A stretch of 43,502 nt of DNA, counting the filler, from Jimgerdemannia flammicorona (lineage: Eukaryota): the NCBI GenBank assembly GCA_003990765.1. It is 2 parts of 2 records of this genome, joined end to end, with 100 filler letters (N's around TTAATTAATTAA, not from the genome) between each part and the next. Parts side by side here need not be neighbours in the genome. Positions count along the whole stretch, not along the records: positions 1 to 21,706 come from RBNJ01001408.1; 1 more part is not named here. One strand, 5' to 3'. This document shows, one piece after another, positions 1 through 12,794 of this stretch (the stretch's first letter is position 1; the number at the start of each line of letters is the position of its first letter). Both the position numbers and the translations under genes were made by a program. Below the pieces are notes generated by a model. The model did no database searches, was not told the DNA's origin, and saw only the letters and a list, made by a program, of their open reading frames with translations.

Positions 1-11
1 AAAAAAAAAAA

Positions 12-714
12 GATAATATCTTTCTCTGATTTTCTTCACTATATCTCTTAGACAGATAGCTATTTCAGCAAACTTCTTGATAAGTTTCTCTATAAGATCA
101 CTATTTCTCTACTGCTTTATAGTTTTTAGTTAAGGTATATTTTAATTAATTATAGTTATAAAAATTATTCTAGTTATCTCAAATACTTCAATTCTGACTT
201 CTATAACTCTCTCTATTATATAGTCTTGAGAGTATCTAACTATTTAATATTACTGAGCATAAGTTATCTTCTATACTAAGTCTAGAACTATTGATGTTTA
301 TTAGATTATTATAGCTATCTCTAGGTAAATTCCTTTTATAAAGATTATTTTAGCTACTTGATCTTTGATAACATTAGTATAATTAGCTAAGATTATCTAA
401 TTATAGATTTAAATATATATAGAAGGTATTTAGGTCTTTATTCTTTTCTTAGTAGATACTATTGAGTTAGTCCTTTAGAGCCTACTTAATTTTATCTATA
501 TAATAGATAGTTTACAATCAGTTCTTCTATACTACTAGTATTGTAGTATTATTATTTTCAATATAAGTTACTACTGTAAATATAGCTCTTACTAGTTCTC
601 AGAGATTGAATAATATTAAAGCTACTTGTTATTATACTGATAGTGTTCTTATAGTAGTATATATATTACTTGAAATCATCAAGAAAGATTATAATTAATT
701 TATCAGAGGTATAT
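12..714 (-). mobile_element. Heavily mutated Ty3/Gypsy gag fragment, an older relative of the element at 12382-18311
   Basis: Co-linear with ~17565-18255. Minus strand reads EKLIKKFAEIAICLRDIVKKIRER versus EELTKRFVEMTAHLGDIVKEIRGR in the younger copy. Differences are mostly C>T/G>A. Cut at ~714 by a LINE poly(A) tail. Confidence 0.8.
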
Positions 715-3536
715 TTTTTTTTATTTTTTTTTATAGTTACTTAAACTTCTACTTTATTACTATTCAGTCTATGTTATACTAATATAGATATACCTATATA
801 TCTCTCATCCAATCCCATAAGAAATCTCCTCCCCCCTCTTCTCTCTTCTCTATCTCTCTAGAAAGTTATCATTCCTCCTACTATTCTAATTCTCTCTCTA
901 CTCTACCTGCAAATCTTCTCTATAAGTCTTCTATAGAACTCTCCTTCAGATATCTACCCCCACTACCAACTATTCAAAAGATCTAGTATCAATCATTCTC
1001 ACCTTATAATCTATACTCTAAGTGTCAACTATTAACTATTCTCAAATACATATAGTCAATATCTAGTAAGCCTAATCCAAATAACCAGAGCCCACTCAAT
1101 AGTTAACTACTCATTATCAATCTCTCTCATCAGCCTCTTCTGGAGATTATCCTATCTCTTACCCACTACTTACTCAGATGGACAGACTCTCATCTAACTC
1201 TTGATAGTTCTTCAAAAGTCTCTCATAATCTCACACTCTCTCAGCCAATGCTCAGGAGTCTATACTACTCCATTCTTCTGCCTAATATTAAGGTACTCCT
1301 CACACTCTAAGATACTTCCTTCTACTAAATATACTGACTGATAGTTCAACATCACATTGCACTATAAGAGCCTCTACTATACTATCCAGAACTTGGAAGA
1401 AATCTATCTCACCACCTACTTGCTCTAAGACCAAATACTATTCCAGTTCTACTCTTCACTAATCTCCACCCCCTGTCAAGTCTTAGGTCACAAATCTCTC
1501 TCATATTTCTAAAGGTATTCTATACTATTTTCTAAACTGAAATTTTCCACTAGTGTATCCCCTAACAGAAGATGGTCTTACCTCTATATCTGGGACCTCT
1601 AGTTTACCTTACTCTCATCATTCTGTCACTAGAGATCAATTTATTGAGCTCTATTAACCACTCTCCACTAGAATTCCCTAAAGTATATCTTCTGGCTCTC
1701 CTTTAATATTATCAGAGAGAGTGAATTGCCAGATATACCACAGAGAGAGAACTGTACTTCTTACACTCTCTGCATAAGGGGTATCTACTCTTGGCTCCTC
1801 AACTTGCTAGCTTACTTCAGCTACTATACTCTCAAGTAGTATAGATGCTTGGTAAAATCCACCAAATCCAGCTCTCTCCAGTCTACTGGTAATGTCAACA
1901 CCTTCCAGCCAATCTAACTCTACTGTCCTGTCTATATCTATATCCTGACTATTTTTAATAATCTCTTGACCACCTATGTTGAGAAGTCCAAATAATACTC
2001 TAGATACTATAGCTTAAGCAGCCAATATATATTTAACACTATTACTCTTCTCACCAGAGAGATATATCAACTGCTCCACTCTAGGAGAGTATTTCCTTAC
2101 TTAATTAGCTACTACTTCTACCATCTTTAAGATAATAAGGAACTATATACTGAGAAGTAGATCTCCAGATACTAGACTGTCTCTTTTACTGGGATAACTG
2201 TTCTAATCATATCCTCTTCTACTATCTCTCTACCTAATACCAGAGTCTCACACTTATATCAGTTAAGCTTAGCACCTAAGTACTCCTCATACTATTCTAC
2301 TGCTCTCTTCAGTACTACCACATCCTCTATAGAGTCCAGTCCTACCACTATATTATTAGCAAAGGCCTCTATCTTCCAGTTTACTCTCAGAATATTCAAT
2401 TCCCCTACTCTGTGTCTAATTCTGTCCAACAAAGGCTCTAGAGAGAGGGTATAAAGAATCAGTGACAGTGAGTCTCTCTGTAGCACTTCTTTGTCTAGAG
2501 AGAATGGCTCTCTCCTATGTCAATTTCAGAATAGTTGCTCAACTTCCCTCTAATAGACTGATCAAATATTACCTAAACTCTGAGAGAACTCTTATATACT
2601 TCAGCACCCCCTCTAGCCATACTTACCAAACTCTATCATAGGTCTTCTCTTGGTCCAGAAATACTAGCTATCTATCTATCTCTATAGAATATACTCCTTC
2701 AATGATATTATAGATCTACACTATTCTATCTCTTATCAAATAACTCTTGATAAAGTCTTTCTACTCTATCTTCAATATCTGCTAAGTTACTTCTTACAAC
2801 CTAGCCACCAATATCTTTATAACTAACTTATAATCTATATTCAGAAGCATGATCAGCCTCCAGTTCTTCTATTTCTCTCTTCTCTTCTTATTCTTACAAT
2901 AGAGCTATAAGACCCAGGTGCTGTCCTCCAATCTAAGCCCCCAAGCCAATAACTTTATTATATATCTATATTATCTCCTCCAAAGCTAACTCCACACTTA
3001 TTATCTACTTCCAGAAATTCTAAGGTAAACTATCTTCTCTAGAGATCATCCTGAGACTCATTGTTACTAATACCCTATAGATCTCCTTCTCTTGAACAGA
3101 TACTCTAAGTTTATCTAAGCCCTCTACCAGGTCTGAGTATCAATTCTCCAGATACTGTTCAATATTCCATATATTCTCTCTATCCTCCTTACTCTATAAT
3201 TACTCCTACTGGGAACTCAACTGGCTCAAGATCTCTAGAGTTCTGACCACCATCTCTTCTACCTCATCCAATACTCCTTCTTACTGCTGCCTCACTCTCC
3301 TCACCTGAAGCCATCTTGACAAGAACTTCATAGGTCTCTCTCACTCTGTTACTATAGCTAAGCTACTATAATCTTCACCTATAGTTCCTCCTCCTACTAC
3401 AGTAGTCTCTTCAGTTTCTCCACCTCTAGCTAGACTTACTAAACCCTCCAATCTCCCTCCTCTCTGTTGTTCAGCAAATCAGCTCACTTTACCAATAGCT
3501 TCTCTAACCTCTAGGAAGCCTATCTTAAATAACTCC
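715..3536 (-). mobile_element. Outer non-LTR retrotransposon (L1/Tx1-like LINE), 3' part: degenerate RT, 3' UTR and poly(A) tail
   Basis: Poly-T at ~715-733 followed by tttatt (AATAAA on minus). RT remnants LDQEKTYDRV (~2635), Q(G>R)DSLSLILYTLSLEPLL and AFA(DD>NN) in ORF 2292-2486, and GAKLN.YKCE. Many stops. Confidence 0.88.
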
Positions 3537-6500
3537 TTTTTTTTTTTATTTTATTTTTTTTATTTTATTTTTTATAGTTACATGGACTTCCACTTTATTA
3601 CTAAACTATCTATGATATACTACTAATACAACTGTACTCCTTACTCAATCTCACTTAGCAGAGCTCTCTTCTCTTCACTATTGCCCCAAAATACTATCAG
3701 TTTCTCTATCATCTCAATTCTTCCCCCACTCTTCCTACAGATTGTCTTTACCAATTGCCACCAATATCCTTCTCCAGTGCCCCCACCCCTTCACCATCCA
3801 TTCAATATATCCATCATCAGCCACTCCTATCTAGCCACCTCTTACTCCCAATGTCAACTATCACTCTTTCTTAAATACAAAGAGCCAATGTTCTGTCAGC
3901 CTGATCCAAATTACTAGTACCTATCCTAGTATCAGCCACTTATCTCCCAACCCCCCCATCAGCCTCCTCTAGAGGTCACCCCACCTCCCTCCTACCACTA
4001 ACCCTAATGATTGTACTCCTAGCCATATCTCAATCTTTTTCCAAAAGTCTCTCATCACCTCATACTCTCTCAGCCAATATTCAGAGGTCTGTACCACCTC
4101 TCTCTTCTGCCCAATATTCAGATACTCCTTATACTCCTGGGTACTCCCTTCTACCAAGTAGTCTATTTGGTAGTTCAATATAACATTATACTATAAAACT
4201 CTCTACCATACTACTCAGAACTTGGGAGAGATCTATCTAGCTGCCTGCTTGCTCTACACTAAATACTATTCTACTCCCACTCCTTGCCAATTCCCACCCC
4301 CTGCCATATCTCAGGTCACAGATCTCTCCCATGTTTTCAAAGATACTCCATACAATTCTTTAAGCAGAAATCATCCACTGGTGCTCTGTCTAACAGAAGG
4401 CAGTCTCACCTCTATATCTGGGGTCTCCATTTCTCCTCTCTCTCATCACCTCTCCATTAAAGACCAATATAATGTGCCCCCTCAGCCACCCCCCACCAAA
4501 ATCTCCTATACTGCATCCTCTAACTCTCCTCTAAAGCTACTAGAGAGAAAAGATCTTTAGTTATATCCTGAGGGGAGAATCAGATCTCCCACACTCTCTA
4601 TATGAGTGGAACTCACTCTCTGCCTCTCAACTTGCTTGCTCACTTCAACCACTATGCCCTCAAACAGTGAAGATATTTAGAAAAATCCACCAGATCCAGG
4701 TCTCTCTGGTCTACTGGCCAGGTCAACACCTCTCAACCAATTTGGCTCTGTCACTCTGTTTATATCCAGGTCCTGACCATCTTCAGTAGTTACTAGATCA
4801 CCTATGCCAGAAAGTCCAAATGGTACCCTAGATACTATAGCTTAGGTAGCCAGTAGATATTCAATACTATTACTCTTACTATCAGAGAAATATAGTGATC
4901 ACTCTACCCCAAGAGAGTGCTTTTCTACTCAGCCAACCTCTGCTTTTACCACTTGTGTGGTAGCAAGGAGTTATATACTGAAAAGTAAATTTTCAGATAC
5001 TAAACAGTCTCTTCTACCAGAACAATTGTTCCAATCATATCCCCATCTACTATCCCTTCTCCTAGCACCAAAGTCTCATACTTATATCAGTTGAGCTTAG
5101 TACCTGAGCACCCCTCATACCATTCTACAGTATCTTTTAGTACTGCAATATCTACAACTAACTCTAGCCTGATCACTATATTATCAGCAAAGGTCTCTAC
5201 CTTTTAATTAATCTCTAGAATATCTAACTCTCCCACTTTTCACTATATTCTATCTAAAAGCAGCTTCAGGGACAGTATATACAAAATCAGCAATAGTAGA
5301 TCTCCTTGTAGCACTTCTCTGTCTAGAGAGAAAGAGACCCCTTTATATCTATTCACTATAATTGCTGTCTGACTCTCTTCCAGCAGACTGACTAAGGTCT
5401 ACCAGACCCCATGAGGGACCCTAATGTACTTTAGTACTCTCTTCAATCATACTCTTCAGACTCTGTCATAGACCTTCTCTTAGTTCAGAAAGACCAGTTG
5501 TCTATTTACTCTAGTAGTGTAAGCATCCTCAATAATGCCATATACCCAGGCTGTTCTATCTCTGATCAGATATCTCTCTATTAATCCTCTCTGCTTGGCT
5601 CTCAGGATCTATTGGGCCACTCTCTGCAGCCTAGCTACCAGAACCTTTATAACCAGTTTGCAATCTATATCTAGAAGTATGATCAGTCTTCAGTTCTTCT
5701 ACTTCTCTCTCTCTTCTTTATTCTTAAACAGCAGAGCTATAAGTCCCAAGCTCTGTTCTTCAATCTATACCCCAGAGTCTATCACTTTATTATATATTAC
5801 TATCATTTTCTCCAGGACCAACTTAACTCCTGCCATCATTTTCCAGAAATCTCACTATAAGTCATTCTCCCCTGGTATAGTCTCAGAGCTCATCATCAGC
5901 AGAACCTACTGAATCTCCTCCTCTTGGACAGCAGTACCAAGATTGTCTAAGCCTGCTGCTGGATCAGAGTACTATTCCTCCAAGTCCAAGTGACTGTCAA
6001 TATCTAACATCTTCTCTTCTCTATTCTCCTCACTCTACAAGTATCTCCACCACCTGCTCAGCTAGTCCAAAATCTTTGATATCTCAATCACCAACTCTCT
6101 AGCCTTATCTAAAACCCTCTCCCACCACTGTCAGACTCTCTTTGCCTGCAATAGTCATGACAAAAACTTGGTTGGCCATTCACTCTCCTCCAGTCCCTAC
6201 TACTATAATCTGATCACTATACTCTTAATCTATAGATCCTCCTCCTGCTACAAAACACCCTTCAGCTCCTCCATCTTCAGTCTGGTCTGCTGCATGTATC
6301 AATCTCCTTTCACTTCTTTATTCATCAGATCTGCCCAAGACACCAACAACCTTACCAATCTTTGGGAGGCCTATCTCATTTGCTTTCTTCTCTGAGTACC
6401 CCACACCCTTCCTACCTTCCCTCAGTATTATTATGCCTCAGACTTCAATCATATTTAGCAATCCCCAATCCTCAGTCCTGCTGTCCTCTAACTAAGAATC

Positions 6501-7261
6501 CTAGAACTAATATCTATTATCTATATCTCTTATAGAGAGGCCTCTCCTAGTAAAGAGATATTCAGTCACCCATATCCAGACCCCACCCCACCTCTCCCAA
6601 AACACCTCTCTCCTAAAAGACCTCAGTGATCTGACCACAGATACCAAACAGTCTCCAAAGATCTTCAGATATCAACTCTCCAGCAATCAGCAGTCAATAT
6701 CCAGTTAATCCTTGAGCTAAGCCCTGCCACTCAGTGAGTAAAAACCCTATAATCTCCCATCCAAGCCTCTCAGCATCTACTAAAGAGCTCAAATATTTGA
6801 CCTCCTCTCAGGCTTCTATACCCCCACTCTTGTCTATTATCTCCTTATCTCTATCAGTTCAGTTAATTTTCTCATCCTATATTATGTTAAAGTCTCTCTC
6901 TATATAATCAATTCCTGTCTCCATCAATACTTCAGACTCTCATAGCCCTCATATCTATTTCATCCTCTCCTCTCTTTCCACCAGACAATAATACAACCCA
7001 ATCATCAAAGGTCTCCAGCCTGGCCTCTTCTAAATACTCTACTACTCTGCTCTCCCAATGTCCAATATCACCCAAGTCCCTCTTGCCCTTTCTAATTAGA
7101 ATGCTTATATATCTTTACCAAATAACCATACTATCTTATTCCTTTATCCAGTTCTAACTATCCAGATCTCTATTACATCTAATATCCTGTAGTAAAAATA
7201 AATCAGCATCTGTCCCTTTCAGCTATCCAAAGATATTTTACTGCCTCACTACTTCTCAGAG
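3537..7261 (-). mobile_element. Inner 5'-truncated LINE of a related family (APE endonuclease + RT + poly(A)), inserted into the outer LINE
   Basis: Poly-T 3537-3573 and a 3' end similar to 715-780. RT motifs (QGDLLL, TFADN, GAKLN) at ~5080-5490. Endonuclease motifs DLFLLQD (~7200), DFN (~6890), SRINWIL and SDH (~6625-6715). Flanked by a ~13-bp TSD: cttaaataactcc (3524-3536) and cccaaatgactcc (7262-7274). Confidence 0.85.
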
Positions 7262-8827
7262 CCCAAATGACTCCTCCTCTGAACACCCCTCTCTCTCTCT
7301 GCCTTCTCCCAGAACTATTGAGTCTCCAATTTTAAATATCTCTAATAATTTCCAATTTCTAGCCCCTATGCTCTCTAGCTAATAATCCTGAAGCTAATGT
7401 CTACCACTCATGTATTCTACAAGAAGGACTCTCCTAGCAATAAAGTATTTAGACACTAATGTCTAGGCCCCTCTCTACTTTCCTAAATCTTCTACAACCC
7501 AGCAGACCCCAGTGATCTGACCATGAGCATCAAACCAAAGAACCCCAGATATCTGCTCCCCAATACTCAGCAGTCAAGATCCAGTCAATCCTTGAAACCA
7601 ATCCTACCACCAAGATATCTGATATCCACCAGTGAGCTCAGACTTTCAATCTCCTCTTAGCCTTCCATATTCCTACTCCTACTAGCCATCTTCCTCCCTC
7701 TATTAGTCTTGTCCAACTATCCATCTCATACTATATTAAAGTCTCCACCCAGACAGTCAATTCTCTCTGCTATCATAGTATCTGTATCTCATAGTCCTCT
7801 AATCTACTCCATATACTCTCCTCTTTCCACTGGATAATAACAAAATTCAATAGTTAAGGAGCTCTAGCCTGGCCTCCTCCACACTCCTTACACCACTCTG
7901 TTCTCTCAATATCTAATGTCTCTAATATCCCCCTTACTCTTCTAAACCAGAATACCCACTCAACTCTGTCATATGGTCACACCCCTCCATTCTCTCATCC
8001 AGTCCAGTATATTCAAGTTCTCATCATATTTAACATTCTATAGTAAGAACAGATCTACATCCAGTCCCTTCAACTAGCTGAAAATATTCTGATGCCTTAC
8101 TGTACTTCTTAATCTATTAATATTTAACAAGAAGATTCTAGTTATACTATTCATATTGAATAATATTTGGAGAAAATCACTTACTCTATAATTCTATACT
8201 CATTATATTACTAATAATATCCAAATTTCTCTCTATCTCAAGCTCATCATCTACCTCTCTCTGCTGAGTATCCAGTGTTTCCAAGATCTTCTAATAGTCC
8301 ACACCATCCCCTGCTTCTATATTAGACAAGTACTTCTTGCATACTATCTACCACTTTGCCAAACCCTTCCTAGGACCCTATAGATAGGCTATATGATTAT
8401 TCACAATTGTCAGAAGCACTACCTCTCTGTTGTCATCTACCTTATTCTCTTCTACCTCCAACAGATCTACTATCAGCTTATTCTGAAGCTTCTATACTAT
8501 CTTCTCTCCTCACAGACCATTACTCCAGTATTTCTTACTAATTATATAAAAATCTACCTTACATAACTCATCTACTACAACATTTATACAACTATCTCTT
8601 ATCTCTTATAGCCTCATTGATACCTAGGACTACTGCCTATCCCTCAACCCCCTGACCTCTCTCAGTATTCATCCTCACTTACTCATCTCAGTCCTCCTTT
8701 AGTATATTCTGCAGCTTATTAGTTTCCCCTCCTCCTATAGACATATTATACTATACTTGGACCTCTTTTACCATTACCTCATCCTTAGTCACTGTACTCT
8801 GTCTAGTACCTCCACCCTCTCCTAGGG
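7262..8827 (-). mobile_element. Outer LINE, middle part: APE endonuclease at the start of ORF2 (~8154) and the 3' end of ORF1
   Basis: Minus strand MNSITRIFLLNINRLRS from ~8154, then DVDLFLL, GGDFN (~7740), SRIDWIL (~7580) and SDH (~7515). Joining 3536 to 7275 restores sequence co-linear with the inner copy at 6366-6402. Confidence 0.82.
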
Positions 8828-9300
8828 TAGAGATTCACTTATGGGCTAAGTCTGATGGACTAGCCCAGGCTAGTCTAGAGTCTAGTCAGCCTGATCTAGC
8901 CTAGACTGATCCATTGAGCTAGATCAGAACTGACCTAGCTGGGCTTATCTATTGGACTGGGCTGTATCAGAAATTTTTACTAGGCTGGCTTATTATATCA
9001 GAAATTTTTTCTACAGCCAGTCTGATTAGTAAAGATCTATAAATTTAAGAGTACTAATTTTCAAAAAGTAAAAATATCAAAGAATATTAATATAGAATAG
9101 AAATAAACTAAATCCAAAGAAAACTACTATATTGGGAGATGATAGAGTTATTATAATTATCTAATTTCAGCTATATAAGCTATACAGGTGAATTTCTACT
9201 ATATGAGATATGTGAGTAAATTTATATAAGCTATATAAGTAAATTCTGAGTCTGTGGTTATCTAATTTTCTTTTCTGATAGTATTCTTAGATATTAATAA

Positions 9301-9570
9301 CAAATTATCATCTTTTTGATAAATTATCATTCTTTTAGCAAATAAATATTCTTTAGCAAATTATCATTCTTTTGGCAATTATCATCCTTTTGGTAAATTA
9401 TTGTTCTTTTGGCAAATCATTATCTTTTTGACAAATCATCATCTTTTTGACAAATTATTATCCTTTTGACAAATCATCATTCTTTTGGTAAATCATTATC
9501 CTTTTGGTAAATTATTATTCTTTTAACAAATTATTATCCTTTTATAAATTATTATTTTAGTAAATTATTT
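9301..9570. repeat. ~19-bp tandem repeat, about 14 degenerate copies (consensus ~CAAATYATCATYCTTTTGR), in the hAT 5' non-coding region
   Basis: Units read directly, e.g. caaattatcatctttttga, caaatcatcatctttttga, caaattattatccttttga. Confidence 0.85.
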
Positions 9571-9699
9571 TTATATTTATTCTTATAGATTTAATTTGAA
9601 AAAAAAAAAAAAAAAAAAAAAAAAACTCCCAACTCTACTTATTATTATAGAAGACAATATAATAGATATAGATTACTCATCCTCTTAAGAAATTACTGG

Positions 9700-10093
9700 T
9701 GTAATTGATATGAAAACAGAATCTACTTCAATAAGCCATATAGATACTAGTTCAATATTACATTTTTACAAATCTGCTAGTAAGTCTTCCAAAACTTAGG
9801 TGAATTATATCAATCTTGAAGGTGATCATAGCAAGTACAATTACTGTTCAATGATAAATAATCATAGCAGCTCAACTGGAACCCTTGGATGTCATATGGA
9901 GAAAAAATATCCTAAGATGCTTACTGAGCTTGATATTAGTACTAATACTGAAATTACTAAGCCATTAAGTATTATCAGTTAATAAATAATTATATGCTAT
10001 TTTCTCAAATAGATAGTATATGATCTTCAGCCTCTTTTAATAGCAGATGATCAGGAGTTTCATCAGTTTATCAAGAGTCTCAATTTACAGTAT

Positions 10094-10095
<2 letters not shown>
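9700..10095 (+). pseudogene. hAT transposase N-terminus: BED zinc finger and DNA-binding region
   Basis: ORF 9800-9982 KYNYC...SSTGTLGCHMEKKYP is BED-like. It is followed by (W)IVYDLQPLLIADDQEFHQFIKSLNLQY at ~10010-10095. Confidence 0.8.
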
Positions 10096-10136
<41 letters not shown>

Positions 10137-11748
10137 CTATAGACTGTAGCCCTATTTATTTACTGTTTATAAGTATGCACTATATCCTCATACCATACTG
10201 GTAGCCTCAATACAATTTCCAAATCAATAATAATCTTAGCACCTTAAGAGTATAAGTTGTGATCTTACTACTTGAGTAACTAGATCCTCCTATCTGATCT
10301 GCCCTATCCAAGAGTGGATATAGATTGTAAGCCCCAACTACCTCAAGTACTTGGCATCTAGTATACCTGGCTTACCCCTATTAGTGCCTCCCTATCTTAT
10401 CTATCTTATCTGTCTTGCCATCTTGCCCATTTTGCCTATTTTTCCTGTCTTACTTGTCTTTCTTATCTATCTTGCCTGTCTTACCTGTCTTGCCTATCTT
10501 GTCTATCTTACCCATCTTGCTCCATCTTGCCCCTGTTGCCTGTTTTGTCCCTGTTGCCTGTCTTGCCATTTTGCTATCTCACCCCCATCTTGCCCCTATT
10601 ATCTATCTTGTCTCTGTTGCTCATCTTGCTTATATTATCTGTTTTGCTTGTTTTGCCTGTCTTATCTATCTTGCCTATCTTGTCTGTCTTACTATCTTGC
10701 CTCTGTCTTACCCCTGTTGCCCATCTTGCCTCTGTTGCCTATATTGCTCATTTTATCTATCTTGTTGTCTTACCCCTATCTTATCCCTGTTACTCATCTT
10801 GCTTGTCTTGCCTGTCTTGTCCATTTTGCCCATTTTGCTATCTTGCTCTCATCTTGCCTCTATTACCCATCTTGTCCCTATTGCTCTTGCCTATATTGCC
10901 CATTTTGTCTATCTTGCCATCTTGCCCCCATCTTGCCCTATTGTCTATCTTGCCCCTATTGTCCATCTTCCCCATATTATTCATATTGCCTATTTTGCTA
11001 TCTTGCCTTTGTCTTGCCCCTGTTACCTATCTTGCCCCTATTGCCCATCTTGCCCATATTGCCCATTTTGCCTATTTTACCTGTCTTGCCCATATTACTC
11101 ATCTTGCCCATCTTATCTATCTTGCCTGTCTTATCATCTTATCATCTTGTCCTTCTTGCCATCTTACTATATTACCATCTTACCATCTTGCCCCTATTGC
11201 CCATCTTACCTATATTGTCTATTTTGTCTATTTTGCCTATCTTACCCATCTTGCCTATCTTGCCATCTTGCCATCATATCTGTTTTACCTATTTTGTCTA
11301 TCTTGCCCATATTGCCCATCTTGCCATCTTGCCATCTTACCCATCTTGTCTATCTTATCTGTCTTGTCTGTCTTGCCTATCTTGCCCATCTTATCATCTT
11401 GCCCTTCTTGCCATCTTGCTATCTTACCATCTTGCTATCTTGCTGTCTTACTCATCTTGTCCTCTGTTGCTTATCTTGACCCTATTACCTGTCTTGTCTG
11501 TATTGCTCATTTTGTCTATTTTGTCTATCTTACCCATATCACCTATCTTGTCATCTTGCCATTATACCTATTTTCCCTATTTTGCCTATCTTGCCCATAT
11601 TGCCTGTCTTACTATCTTGCTGTCTTATCTGTCTTACCTGTCTTGCCCATCTTGCCTGTCTTGCCTATCTTGCCCATCTTGTTGTCTTGTCATCTTGTCC
11701 TTCTTACCATCTTACTATCTTGCCAGAAGTTTGTATAATCCAAATAGT
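10096..11748 (-). mobile_element. Poly(A)-tailed non-coding retroposon (SINE-like or LINE 3' fragment) made mostly of minisatellite
   Basis: Poly-T 10096-10136 with AATAAA on minus at ~10156. ~14-bp TSD atttacagtattat (10083-10096) / actcatagtattat (11749-11762). The hAT reading frame resumes exactly after it. Confidence 0.75.
10391..11725. repeat. ~1.35-kb degenerate 8-9-bp tandem repeat (TCTTGCC(C/T)A/G-like)
   Basis: Continuous tcttgccca / tcttgcctg / tcttgcca / tattgccca units. Explains the three overlapping stop-free L/P/C-rich ORFs. Confidence 0.92.
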
Positions 11749-11762
11749 ACTCATAGTATTAT

Positions 11763-12381
11763 CTCTTATCTAGTAATTATATAAAAAAATCTTATTATAG
11801 AACAGTATCTCTTATAAAATTATTATTATAGCAATCTTATAGAATATACTGAGCTCTATTATATTAACTGTAGATATTTGAAGTTTTATTATAAGTGACA
11901 GTTATCTTAGGCTTATAGCACCCTTTATTGATACTTAGTAGATTATATAGAATATTGTCTTATCTATTGAACTAATGCTAAGTCTATATATCAGTCTTCT
12001 TATCAAAGATATTATTTTGAAAATTCTAGAAAATTTTGGTATTATATATATCTAAACTTCATGTCTTAGTGATAGATAATATAGCAAATATGGTAAAAGT
12101 ATTCAGACTTATTGATGAAAAATTATCTCAGCAAATCTATTATATTTAGTGTTCAGCTTACATATTTCATCTCACTATTCAAGAAAGATTTAAGATCAAT
12201 AATATTAGTAATAAATATAATAATAATGATAATGATAATGATAATAACAATAACAATAACAATAATAATAATATTATCAATAATCTAATTGTCAAATTCT
12301 GACTTTACACCAGCACTATAAAAAGAAGTTCAAAGCTTTCATATAAGCTTTTAGAACTTTGTGAATATAATAATAAACTAT
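11763..12381 (+). pseudogene. hAT transposase catalytic core fragment
   Basis: LTVDI(W)S...SYLRLIAPFID (~11865-11935), IDNIANMVKVF (~12070-12105), CSAYIFHLTIQ (CxxH motif, ~12150-12182). An (AAT)n-like tract follows at ~12197-12283. Confidence 0.8.
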
Positions 12382-12660
12382 TGTAATATAGCAGACACTT
12401 ACTCTTGAAAGTATGTTGGATTTCTATATCTTGAAAACTTGACTGTTCTGACTCTTGCAGAGTCTCTTGAAGTTGTAGGGGAGGGTGGGTGAGTTTGAAG
12501 TGTATCTGCCCACAGGCTTACTAGTTTCTTTGCTATCTCTTTGCTTTGAACTATTTTGATCTGAGGTTTTATTCACTCGAAGATACTGGGTTATTTATAC
12601 AAGTTTGCTAGCTATGAGATGGTTACTGAGTTATGTGGCTAGGTTATGAGTCATTTAACA
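12382..12660 (-). repeat. Putative 3' LTR (~279 bp)
   Basis: Minus strand starts TGTTA (12660) and ends TTACA (12382), where hAT coding sequence resumes. Contains TATAAATA (~12592-12599) and AATAAA (~12568-12573). No second LTR is available to confirm. Confidence 0.55.
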
Positions 12661-12794
12661 CTTTGCGAAATACTATACTATATCGAGAAGCTCGATCTTG
12701 TACTTTGCAAAATATTTAGCAAATGGTGAAATTGGGGACTGCTAACTATGTAGGTATACTACTTTGGGACTAGGTGCAATCAAGTATCTGTTCC

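Noticed and set aside
6400..8154. Apparent LINE with two tandem endonuclease domains
   Set aside because: Explained by one LINE nested in another: a TSD is present and the flanks rejoin co-linearly.
9301..9570. CRISPR-like arrays (also 42917-43053)
   Set aside because: No unique spacers, no cas genes, and eukaryotic context.
10351..11784. Three long overlapping Leu/Pro/Cys-rich ORFs (477, 354, 403 aa)
   Set aside because: Artefact of a stop-poor tandem repeat; all three frames are open and cycle through the same peptides.
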